Part shown: positions 51,345 to 59,893 of the stretch, in pieces
Layout of the letters: the number at the start of each line of letters is the position of its first letter
Position numbering within the stretch: the stretch's first letter is position 1
Assembly (NCBI GenBank): GCA_964343265.1
Contig: CAYFIW010000005.1
Coordinates: 1 to 62,401 of the forward strand
DNA: 62,401 nucleotides
Origin: an uncultured Dehalococcoidia bacterium
Lineage (GTDB): Bacteria > Chloroflexota > Dehalococcoidia > Lucifugimonadales > UBA826
Direction of reading: 5' to 3'
The notes under the pieces: model-generated
The model's database searches: none
What the model was told of the DNA's origin: nothing
Seen by the model: only the letters and a program-made list of their open reading frames with translations
Program-made: the position numbers and the translations under genes

Positions 51345-52100
51345 ATGGTAGAAAGACTAAATAACAAAACAATTTTGATCACTGGCGCTGCTAACGGACA
51401 GGGTGAATATGAATCTAAGCTATTCGCTCAAGAGGGAGCTTCAATAATTCTATGCGACATAGATCTGGAACGGTGTGAACATACAGCGGGTATTATTAAC
51501 TCATTAGGGGGAAAAGCTATATCATGCCTATTGGATGTTTCCAAAGAGAGTGATTGGATCTCGGCGATAGAAATGTCATTGGAAACTTTTGGATCTTTGA
51601 ATGTATTAGTCAACAACGCCGGAATATATAGTCGAACACCTATAGTTAAATCAAGTCTCAAGGAATTCCAAAAAATATTAAACGTAAACTTAAATGGAGT
51701 ATTTTTAGGAACAAAACACTCAATCCCAGCGATGATTAAATCGGGAGGTGGTTCCATCATAAACATATCGTCTACAGCCGGTATAGTGGGAAACACCGGA
51801 AGCGGAGCCTACGGGGCCTCAAAGGGTGCCGTAAGGTCATTTACAAAATATACAGCTATTCAGCACGCAAAAGACAATATAAGAGCAAACTCTGTCCATC
51901 CAGGGCCGATTGACACTGAAATGATTTCCGAAAACCTTTCGTCCTCTGAAGGGAGAGCACTATCAGAATCAAAAATACCGCTAGGCCGGATAGGAAGTAC
52001 TGAAGATGTAGCACTGGGTGTACTATTTCTGGCTTCGGACGAATCGTCTTTTGTGACAGGCGCGGAGCTTGTTATAGACGGAGGCCTGACTGCACATTAG
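51345..52100 (+). CDS. classical short-chain dehydrogenase/reductase (3alpha,20beta-HSD / cyclopentanol dehydrogenase-like)
   Basis: ITGAANGQG, LVNNAG, NISS, YGASK, NSVHPG.IDT, FLASD.SSFVTG.EL.IDGG. Extended -10 TGcTACAAT at 51282-51290. Confidence 0.92.
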   Translation: MVERLNNKTILITGAANGQGEYESKLFAQEGASIILCDIDLERCEHTAGIINSLGGKAISCLLDVSKESDWISAIEMSLETFGSLNVLVNNAGIYSRTPIVKSSLKEFQKILNVNLNGVFLGTKHSIPAMIKSGGGSIINISSTAGIVGNTGSGAYGASKGAVRSFTKYTAIQHAKDNIRANSVHPGPIDTEMISENLSSSEGRALSESKIPLGRIGSTEDVALGVLFLASDESSFVTGAELVIDGGLTAH

Positions 52101-52129
52101 ATTTTTATGATTTATATAGCCACAATAAC

Positions 52130-52159
52130 TTGACAGACAATTTTAGGCTTTGCTAGCCT
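52130..52159 (+). promoter_or_regulatory. putative glmU promoter (TTGACA-N18, extended -10 TGcTAGCCT)
   Basis: Consensus -35 at 52130-52135 and TGn-TAGCCT at 52151-52159. Confidence 0.5.
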
Positions 52160-52220
52160 GAAGCCACGTGGACCACTTATCTAGTATTCAGACCATTTTC
52201 AACCTCAAGGTACCATTGAA

Positions 52221-53594
52221 TTGGCAGGCAGAAAAGACAATCCGATGAATTTTTATGATGCTGTGATACTGGCAGCTGGTAAAGGTACCCGAATGAAATC
52301 TCGCCTTCCAAAAGTTTTGCATAAGATAGCGGGAACCGAAATGTTGAAAATCATCTTAACCACTGCTGAAAATGCTGGCATATCAACTCTCGTGACCGTT
52401 GTACCAGAAAACCACGAACAATTTGTAACGTCAGTTGGTCAACACACTCAGCTTGTCGTCCAAAAGGAAGCGAAAGGAAGCGGTCATGCCGTCCTACAAT
52501 CGAAGCCTATATTGAGTAAATCAGATAATATCGTGGTATTGAACGGCGATGTTCCTCTTATTAAGTCCTCTACCCTATCTAAAATGATGTTAAAACATAG
52601 TGAATCGGGTGCGACAGTAACCCTTTTAACATCGCGACTGGTCTCTAACGAGGGCATGGGCCGGATAGTCAGATCAAATGACGGACAAATTTCCTCGATA
52701 ATTGAAGATAAGGAAGCAACTCCGGATCTCAGGAAAATAAACGAAGTAAATGCTGGTATTTATTGTTTTCGAGCTGCATGGCTTTGGAAAGCATTGGAAA
52801 CTTTAAAGATATCTGGTCAAGGCGAATATTATTTGACGGACCTAATTGCACTAGCAAACGCCCAAGGCTTAAAAATAGAATCTATTGAATCAATTCACCC
52901 TCATGAAGCCCAGGGAGTTAATAATCGTGTGGAACTATCAAAAATCGAAGCTGTTCAGAGAGACATTATTCGGAATAACTTAATGAAAAAGGGAGTTACA
53001 ATAGTAGACCCAAAAGCAACTTATATCGACCTTGATGTAAGCATTGGCATTGATACCACCATTTATCCAAATACACACATAAAGGGCGGTACTGAGATAG
53101 GCCACGATTGCATAATTGGCCCGAACTCAAATATAGATTCCTCTTCTATTGGCAATTTATGCAAAATAGAATCGTCGTCAATCGAATCATCAGAGATCAA
53201 AGACAGAGTTCACATAGGCCCTTACAGTCACATTAGGTCAGGGACAGTAATTGAAGATGATGCCTATATCGGTAATTATTCTGAAATCAAGAATAGCTCG
53301 ATAGGAAAACAAACTAAATGTGGACACTTCAGCTATATCGGAGATGCGAAAGTTGGTAACCAAGTTAATATAGGGGCCGGTACGATAACGTGCAATTATG
53401 ATGGGGAACGAAAAAATAAAACCGTCATTGAAGAAAGAGCGTTCATAGGTTGCGATACTATGCTGGTGGCACCCATACATATAGGAATAGGAGCAACAAC
53501 TGGGGCAGGTTCGGTTGTAAATAAGGACGTACCCAATTATTCAAAAGCTGTAGGTTCTCCAGCACGGGTGTTAAGACAAAAAGGTCATTCGTGA
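52221..53594 (+). CDS. glmU: bifunctional UDP-GlcNAc pyrophosphorylase / GlcN-1-P acetyltransferase (alternative ATG at 52245)
   Basis: ILAAGKGTRMKS.LPKVLH, GDVPLI, EVNAGIY, GEYYLTD, GVNNR, hexapeptide repeats, H.SYIGDA.VG..VNIGAGTITCNYDG. Confidence 0.96.
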   Translation: MAGRKDNPMNFYDAVILAAGKGTRMKSRLPKVLHKIAGTEMLKIILTTAENAGISTLVTVVPENHEQFVTSVGQHTQLVVQKEAKGSGHAVLQSKPILSKSDNIVVLNGDVPLIKSSTLSKMMLKHSESGATVTLLTSRLVSNEGMGRIVRSNDGQISSIIEDKEATPDLRKINEVNAGIYCFRAAWLWKALETLKISGQGEYYLTDLIALANAQGLKIESIESIHPHEAQGVNNRVELSKIEAVQRDIIRNNLMKKGVTIVDPKATYIDLDVSIGIDTTIYPNTHIKGGTEIGHDCIIGPNSNIDSSSIGNLCKIESSSIESSEIKDRVHIGPYSHIRSGTVIEDDAYIGNYSEIKNSSIGKQTKCGHFSYIGDAKVGNQVNIGAGTITCNYDGERKNKTVIEERAFIGCDTMLVAPIHIGIGATTGAGSVVNKDVPNYSKAVGSPARVLRQKGHS

Positions 53595-53772
53595 ATTTAA
53601 ACCATTTAAAGATGTATAAAGAGATTGAAACTGACCTTAATGAACCAAATACAACAGTATTTTATGAAGACCCTGATCGTGACAAAAATCTAATCTCGGT
53701 GTTGAATCGCTGAGTCACTAAGTAATAGAAACTATTAGACATAATTCTCAAAGGTTTACTTCAGAGGCATTT

Positions 53773-55038
53773 TTGGAAATCATCACTACTAATCTATCAA
53801 TCGTAATTCTCACAATTTCAATCATTGCTTTTGCGTCAATTGGATTAGTTCAATCGGCACTATCCTCTGTTACTCGTGAGGTTGTCTATGTATGGAGAAG
53901 TGAATCCAGAAAAGGCAGCGAAAAATTAGAAGACTTATTCAGGAAGGCTGATCAGTCCGGATCAGCCTTCTCAATACTTAAAACTATTACACTCGCAACT
54001 TGTCTGATTTCTGCAAACATTCAATTCTCCAAAAACAATTCTATGGAATGGAGCAGTGCCCTATTAATCACGAGCATATGCCTTATCGTAATGGCAGTAG
54101 TAGAAACATTAATCAGAACTCTAGCCAGACACATTGGCCCCGCTGTTGCCATTCAGGTATTCGGTTTTGCGACCTTCATAGGAGTGCTTCTGAGCCCTCT
54201 TACAAGATCCCAAGAAAGAATAATTGAAATAGGCTCATCTCAATCAGAAGAAGACAACCTAACCACTGATGGCACGGATAGTATCGCGATGCATTTGGAT
54301 GACCAGGGTGAACCTCTAGAAGAGCATGAAGTCAGAATGATACGCGGGGTCTTCCAACTCGACAAAACAGTTGCAAGAGAAATCATGATACCTAGAGTGG
54401 ATATGACGAGTGCAAATTTAGATACATCGCTTGATGAAATTGCCTCCCTAATGCTCCAATCTGGGCATAGCAAAATTCCGGTATATCAAGACGAATTGGA
54501 TCGCATCAAAGGAATTGCTCACTCATTAGACATTCTACGCTTTATCTCAGACCAAACAAGTACAGCTATGATCGCCCTGGAACAATGCCTCAGACCCGTT
54601 CTATATGTTCCTGAATCGAAAACATTAGAAGACCTTTTGACAGACTTTCAAGAGAAAAGAATGCAAATGGCTATAGTCATTGATGAATATGGAGGCGTAT
54701 CTGGTTTAGTGACCGTCGAGGATTTAGTCGAAGAAATTGTTGGGGAAATACATGACGAATTTGATCGCGGAGGGCCAGAAATACGTGAGATTAGTGAATC
54801 CGAATTCTACATGGACGCCGGAATGGATATTGACGACCTAAGCAACAAGCTTGGAATTTCATTTCAAGGCGACGGATTTGACACCATCGGAGGATTTGTA
54901 CTTCATGAACTAGGTAAAATACCTAGTTCCGGTGATAAATTTGAATACAATGGCATTTCTATTGAGGTTGTTTCTACCAATGGAAGAAGACTTAAATCTA
55001 TTAGGATTAAGAAAATAACTGATCAGGCCAGTGAATGA
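53773..55038 (+). CDS. HlyC/CorC (CNNM + tandem CBS + CorC_HlyC) family protein
   Basis: N-terminal TM helices, [59 protein letters not shown]...LG.IP. Confidence 0.9.
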   Translation: MEIITTNLSIVILTISIIAFASIGLVQSALSSVTREVVYVWRSESRKGSEKLEDLFRKADQSGSAFSILKTITLATCLISANIQFSKNNSMEWSSALLITSICLIVMAVVETLIRTLARHIGPAVAIQVFGFATFIGVLLSPLTRSQERIIEIGSSQSEEDNLTTDGTDSIAMHLDDQGEPLEEHEVRMIRGVFQLDKTVAREIMIPRVDMTSANLDTSLDEIASLMLQSGHSKIPVYQDELDRIKGIAHSLDILRFISDQTSTAMIALEQCLRPVLYVPESKTLEDLLTDFQEKRMQMAIVIDEYGGVSGLVTVEDLVEEIVGEIHDEFDRGGPEIREISESEFYMDAGMDIDDLSNKLGISFQGDGFDTIGGFVLHELGKIPSSGDKFEYNGISIEVVSTNGRRLKSIRIKKITDQASE

Positions 55039-55329
55039 TAATCATAATCAAAAAAATGTTCAGTGTCCTGTATTTGACTGAATTTAATTAAAGCCCAACC
55101 CACAACATCAGAGAGGCAACGGATCCAATTTGGTAAAAAAAGTGAGAATATCAATCATATCAACAAGATATCTGTTGAGGCCTCAAACCACTCTCATTGA
55201 GACAAGTCAAAAACAAACCATTATTTAAATGGGTCAACACACTCAACTAATTAAACTATTGTATGTTGGCAAATACCCTATTCACTTCCAGCAAGTAAGT
55301 GATGGGTCCTCTACGCTGTAATCACACAT

Positions 55330-55365
55330 AAAAAAAGCCCTCCCTGCGAAAAGGGAGAGCCTTTT
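55330..55365 (-). terminator. Rho-independent terminator of the collagen-like gene (possibly bidirectional)
   Basis: Minus strand GCTCTCCCT-tttcgc-AGGGAGGGC followed by T7. The plus strand has CTTTT after the stem. Confidence 0.85.
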
Positions 55366-55410
55366 ATTTAAATAACTAGAGTTTTTATATCTAGTCGTCT
55401 ATGTAATCTT

Positions 55411-56244
55411 CTACTTCGTTGCGACTAGCAGAGGAGCTGTTGCCTCTGATTTAGATGCACCAGTAGCAACCAGAGAATATAAACCTTCCTCTAGGCTAAC
55501 GTTCACTTCTATAGTGAAAGCGCCGTGGTCATTGGCTTGACCGCCTGCGAGGATCTTTCCTCCTCCAGTGATAGTTACGCTCTCACCTGCACCAAATCCA
55601 GCTCCGTAAACTGTAGAAGTTCCACCTGGCTCAGCAGGGGTAGCAGCTAAACTTGAAGACGGCGAAGTGGTCCCTTGAGACTTAGATGTGATCAATACAG
55701 GAATACTCGCTGTGGAACCATTAGATCCCTCAGCATGTAAGCTAGCAACACCGCCAGCCCTCTCTATGAAACCTGCTTTGTCCGTCACAAAATCAAAGGA
55801 AACCTTAAACGCTCCTGCTCCATTCGCAGTAACCTGAGCCCCTCGTGCCCCTCCAACAACAGGAGATGCACTTTGATCGATTGCCAACTTAAGCATCACT
55901 GCTTCACCTGGCTCGAACCCAGAACCCCATACTTGAAAAGGCTCTGACATAGTCATCGTAGACTTACTTGTCACCAATCCGGCTGAGTCCGATCCTTCGG
56001 CAGCAGGACCGGGAGGACCTGCTGGTCCTTGTGCACCGGGAGCTCCAGGGTTTCCTGGATTTCCTGGCAGACCCGGCAATCCTGGATCACCCTGCGGTCC
56101 CTGTGGACCCGGTGCACCTGGATTTCCTGGGTTTCCTGGCAATCCTGGTGCACCAGCAGCTCCTTCACAAGCCACTAATGCAAATATGATTGCTGAGAAA
56201 ACGAGGGATGTTGTAATTCCTCGCAGGCTAAATAGCTTCCTCAT
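55411..56244 (-). CDS. collagen-like (Gly-X-Y)18 lipoprotein with two C-terminal beta-rich (Ig/IPT-like) repeats
   Basis: Signal peptide plus lipobox LVAC, then 18 uninterrupted G-X-Y triplets. Two similar modules follow: 'V.GSGF.PGE.V.L ... AN.AGAF' and 'VYGAGF.AGE.V.I ... AN.HGAF'. GAGGGGG RBS. Confidence 0.85.
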   Translation of the reverse strand: MRKLFSLRGITTSLVFSAIIFALVACEGAAGAPGLPGNPGNPGAPGPQGPQGDPGLPGLPGNPGNPGAPGAQGPAGPPGPAAEGSDSAGLVTSKSTMTMSEPFQVWGSGFEPGEAVMLKLAIDQSASPVVGGARGAQVTANGAGAFKVSFDFVTDKAGFIERAGGVASLHAEGSNGSTASIPVLITSKSQGTTSPSSSLAATPAEPGGTSTVYGAGFGAGESVTITGGGKILAGGQANDHGAFTIEVNVSLEEGLYSLVATGASKSEATAPLLVATK

Positions 56245-56361
56245 TTGACCCCCTCTTCATAAACATATGGAGAATCTAGTTTTAAATTTCGTCTATCCAA
56301 ACAAGCGATGCCACTTCGTCGGAAGCAACACCACTGCCCATTACACCGTAAGGACCGAGTC

Positions 56362-56391
56362 ATCATAGTAACCCTACAAAGGTGATGTCAA
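56362..56391 (-). promoter_or_regulatory. putative strong promoter of the collagen-like gene (TTGACA-N18-TATGAT)
   Basis: Consensus -35 at 56391-56386 and 5/6 -10 at 56367-56362, about 110 nt upstream of the ATG. Confidence 0.65.
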
Positions 56392-56869
56392 GGAGTTTGT
56401 CCACCCACTTTATAAACTTAGGTTTGTTCGTGTTACCAGTTACAGCCTCGGAACTCCGTACATTTCTATTGAGCACTTGAAAAGTTTAGAGGAATAATGC
56501 GAAATTCGCAACAGGAGTCAGGCACTCTTCTCAAGTGTTTAAAAATTAACCCTCCTTCTAATTAATAGCGGTATACGTATAAATAACATACTTAGGTTAT
56601 TTAATTGAACAAATCCTCACAAAATTAAGTTTGTTTAAAAGGCACTACATCAAGTTGACCCTACTTCAAAATTAATTCAGGGAATTTATGATTTCTAAAA
56701 ATTTGGTCCATATCTCTTTACAGAATTTGTATACAAGTTATTATTTTTACAGAATTGAGTCGGTTAGACCCTCCGATGATAAGCAATCATTTAGTCCAAC
56801 AAACTGTAGATCTGGTAATGGAACTGGTTTTTTAAGGCAATTCTGAGGATCCACACATCAAATAATTCC

Positions 56870-56944
56870 ACCCCCGTAGCTCAGCGGATAGAGTACTGGC
56901 CTCCGAAGCCAGAGGCGCGGGTTCGATTCCCGCCGGGGGTACCA
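56870..56944 (+). tRNA. tRNA-Arg (anticodon CCG), CCA encoded
   Basis: Acceptor stem ACCCCCG/CGGGGGT, D-arm TAGCTCAGCGGATAGAG, anticodon arm CTGGC-CTCCGAA-GCCAG, T-arm GCGGG-TTCGATT-CCCGC, then ACCA. Confidence 0.97.
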
Positions 56945-56967
56945 GCCCTATGCATGGCACACCTAAA

Positions 56968-57855
56968 TTAAGGCCTCCATTTCTTTATTTGACGAGTCAA
57001 ATTAGGCATCCCTAGTTCTGAACAAAATTGATGGAACATTTCAAGATCTGCTCCTATCCATTCTAAGTCGTCTACATTTTGAGAAATAGGAACGTCCAGT
57101 TTTAAGGTCGCCAATTTTTTATACAAGTCTGCTTTATCTCTGTTCGACTCCAAGCTTTTACTCAATCCTGAAGCACCACGAACACTCACATCCCAAAATC
57201 TATAATCAGAAGGGATTTTTTCTATATGCATATAACGTGCAAGTAAAGTTGAACTGGATTTAGCACCCCATTTTGGTATTCCTGGTATTCCATCAGATGA
57301 ATCCCCCATCAAGCCTAGATAGTCAGGGATAGATTTAGGTAAAACACCAAATTTCTCTTTTATTCCCGATTCACCCAGTACTAAATTTTTCCTTCTGTCA
57401 AAGCATACGATCCGATCTCCAAAAACTACCTGAGATAAATCCTTATCTGGAGAACAGATATAAACCTTCTCAACTTCAGTATTCCTTGCATAAGTGACTG
57501 CAGCCGTCCCTAAAGCATCATCAGCTTCATATTCCATCATTGGCCAATAAGTAATGCCAAGCGCCGCAACTGCTCTTTCAGCAAGGGTAAATTGCATTTG
57601 TAGTTCTTCGGGAGTGTCAGAACCGTCTTTATATCCGTCAAAAAGTTTGTTTCGGAATGACTTTACCTCGCTGTCGAAGGCAACTGCGAGGTGTGTCGCA
57701 TTACGACTAGTTATCAGCGAAAGAAGACTCTGAATAAGACCACGTACAGCTGAAACTTGCATTCCGTCTGGAGCTAAGCGGGGAGGTTGACCAAAGTGTG
57801 ATCTAAATAATTCGTATGTTCCATCAATGAGATATATATGCATATTAAAATCCAA
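56968..57855 (-). CDS. stand-alone 5'-3' exonuclease / flap endonuclease (Pol I N-terminal-like)
   Basis: LIDGTYELFR, VAFD, FRN..F.GYK, EADD, SPDKDL.Q, DYL.LMGD.SDGIPG..WG.K. Confidence 0.92.
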   Translation of the reverse strand: MDFNMHIYLIDGTYELFRSHFGQPPRLAPDGMQVSAVRGLIQSLLSLITSRNATHLAVAFDSEVKSFRNKLFDGYKDGSDTPEELQMQFTLAERAVAALGITYWPMMEYEADDALGTAAVTYARNTEVEKVYICSPDKDLSQVVFGDRIVCFDRRKNLVLGESGIKEKFGVLPKSIPDYLGLMGDSSDGIPGIPKWGAKSSSTLLARYMHIEKIPSDYRFWDVSVRGASGLSKSLESNRDKADLYKKLATLKLDVPISQNVDDLEWIGADLEMFHQFCSELGMPNLTRQIKKWRP

Positions 57856-57953
57856 CCCTACCTTCTTTCAAGTAACCCGATTTTACATATGGCTTTGATC
57901 GACATTATCTACTAAATAAAAATTCCTAGCTTTTGTCATTGAAAACATAAACA

Positions 57954-58901
57954 TCACCTTGTATGAGGATTAAGAACATCGCTCAAAGCGTCGCCCAAGA
58001 GATTCCAACAAAGAACAAGAGACCAAGCCACTAACCCCGGAGCAATCAACATCCATGGAACGGCTCGTAAGGCACTGATGCTGCCAGCCTCTAAAAGCAT
58101 TGTCCCTAAACTTGGCCGAGGTGGCTGAATCCCTAAACCCAGCCAGCTCAGAATTATTTCCGTACCTACTAAAGACCCCATACCCATGGACACTGTTACA
58201 ACAATCGGACCAATCGCATTGGGTAGCAAGTGAACAAACATAATTCTCGTTGTTGAAGCTCCCGTAGATCGAGCCGCTTCAACATATTGGGTCTCTTTAA
58301 GAGAAAGCACCTGCCCTCTGACCAGTCGGGCCATCCCAACCCAGCTAAAGGAAACTAATGCAAATGAAACAACAAAGTAATCAGCTATACCCGTTTTTAC
58401 AACACCATCCACCAGGGTGTTGTCTTCCACCCAACGTGCCCATTCAACTATCCTTGGTCTCAACGTCGCAGCCAGTAATATGACCAAAAGTATATCTGGA
58501 AAAGAGGAAAACACCTCACCAATCCTCATAATGAAAGAATCTATTTTTCCTCCAAAATAACCGGCCAATAAGCCCAATGAAACACCAATGAGTAACCCAC
58601 CTGTTGATATCGCTACAAAGGTAATAACGAGGGTGTTCTGTATCCCCCATAAAACCCGAGTTAGAACGTCTCTACCTTTCATATCGGTACCAGCCCAGTG
58701 ATCCAAACTAGGAGCTTGTCGAATAGCCGTGTAGTCCTGATCGTTATATCCATACGGGGAGATAAATGGTGCCAAAAGCCCCAATATGTAAATTACTAAC
58801 AGGACAAGAATGCAAAAAACAGCAAGTTTTTTTCTGACTAACCTTCTAATGGCTCTAAACAAATGTCCATGTGAATCATGGGAAGTGGCAACGGTAGACA
58901 A
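57954..58901 (-). CDS. peptide/nickel ABC permease, OppC/DppC-like
   Basis: HW.GTD..GRD.L.R..WG, AGYFGG..D..IMR, ARLVRGQVLSLKE..YVEAAR..GAS, LGLGIQPP.PSLG.ML, NLLGDAL.D.L.P. Confidence 0.92.
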   Translation of the reverse strand: MSTVATSHDSHGHLFRAIRRLVRKKLAVFCILVLLVIYILGLLAPFISPYGYNDQDYTAIRQAPSLDHWAGTDMKGRDVLTRVLWGIQNTLVITFVAISTGGLLIGVSLGLLAGYFGGKIDSFIMRIGEVFSSFPDILLVILLAATLRPRIVEWARWVEDNTLVDGVVKTGIADYFVVSFALVSFSWVGMARLVRGQVLSLKETQYVEAARSTGASTTRIMFVHLLPNAIGPIVVTVSMGMGSLVGTEIILSWLGLGIQPPRPSLGTMLLEAGSISALRAVPWMLIAPGLVAWSLVLCWNLLGDALSDVLNPHTR

Positions 58902-58902
58902 T

Positions 58903-59832
58903 TTAAGAATACCTGATTCTAGGGTCTACAAATGTATAAGCTATGTCTGCCAAAAGATTAGCGACTACAAATGCAGCAGACAAAATCAATGTGAATGCCA
59001 TTATTACAGGATAGTCACGGTTGAAAATCGATTGTATGGCAAAGTCACCCACACCTGGTATGCCTAAAAGGCGTTCTGTAATAAAACCTGTAGTCAGCAT
59101 ACCCGCTAATGAAAATGACAAAATTGTAATGATAGGGATAATCGCGTTTCTCAAGATATGACGGTAATCCACAGTTATAGGACCTATACCCTTGGAGTGC
59201 GCAGTCCTTATAAAATCTTGACCCATGACATCCAATGTACTGGCTCTCATAAGCCTCGCCAATCCAGCAATCCCGGGTATTCCCATCGTTATGGCTGGAA
59301 CGATAATTCTAAGGTCAAATAAGCCTCCCCATCCAGCACATGGAACCCAGTGTAATTTAAGACAAAGTGCCCATAAGACCAAAGGTATGCTGACCATAAT
59401 TGGAATTGACATTAACATCAAACTTAAAGCGATAGAAGCTGGGTCAACCCATGAACCTTGACGATGCGCAATCCAGAAACCTAGAGGTAATCCTAAAGAG
59501 AGACTCACTACCATAGCTGCCAAATTCACTTGAAATGACACCCACATTTTTGACACCAACAATGAGCTTACTGATCTTCCGCGAAACCGTAGACTCTCAC
59601 CAAAATTTCCACGCATAGCATTACTGATATAATCTGCATACTGAACTATCACAGGTCGATTTAATCCCAGTGAGTCTCGTAGTCGCTCCGCCGTCACTTC
59701 ATCATATTTAGATCCCAACATGACCTGCACAGGATCCCCGGGACCATAAGTCCCTAACAAAAATGTTATTGCAGAGACGATGCCCAAAAGGAAAGGCATC
59801 CACAAAAGTCTCCGGAGTATATGGCGCCACAT
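58903..59832 (-). CDS. peptide/nickel ABC permease, OppB/DppB-like
   Basis: ILRRLL, PGDP, LGL.RP...QY, G.FG.S, AR..RAS.L.V..QDFIRTA.SKG, RDYPVI, NL.ADI.Y...DPRIR. Confidence 0.92.
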   Translation of the reverse strand: MWRHILRRLLWMPFLLGIVSAITFLLGTYGPGDPVQVMLGSKYDEVTAERLRDSLGLNRPVIVQYADYISNAMRGNFGESLRFRGRSVSSLLVSKMWVSFQVNLAAMVVSLSLGLPLGFWIAHRQGSWVDPASIALSLMLMSIPIMVSIPLVLWALCLKLHWVPCAGWGGLFDLRIIVPAITMGIPGIAGLARLMRASTLDVMGQDFIRTAHSKGIGPITVDYRHILRNAIIPIITILSFSLAGMLTTGFITERLLGIPGVGDFAIQSIFNRDYPVIMAFTLILSAAFVVANLLADIAYTFVDPRIRYS

Positions 59833-59893
59833 ATCATCGATCCCTCACATATCAATTCAGTTCCACAGACAGCAATTTACTACATATATATCG

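Noticed and set aside
55995..56165. GC-rich repetitive DNA as a CRISPR array or VNTR
   Set aside because: It is explained by Gly-X-Y codons of the collagen domain. There is no repeat-spacer structure and no cas genes.
56870..56967. tRNA-Arg as an integration site or genomic island boundary
   Set aside because: No integrase, no duplicated tRNA 3' end seen, and housekeeping-type genes flank it.
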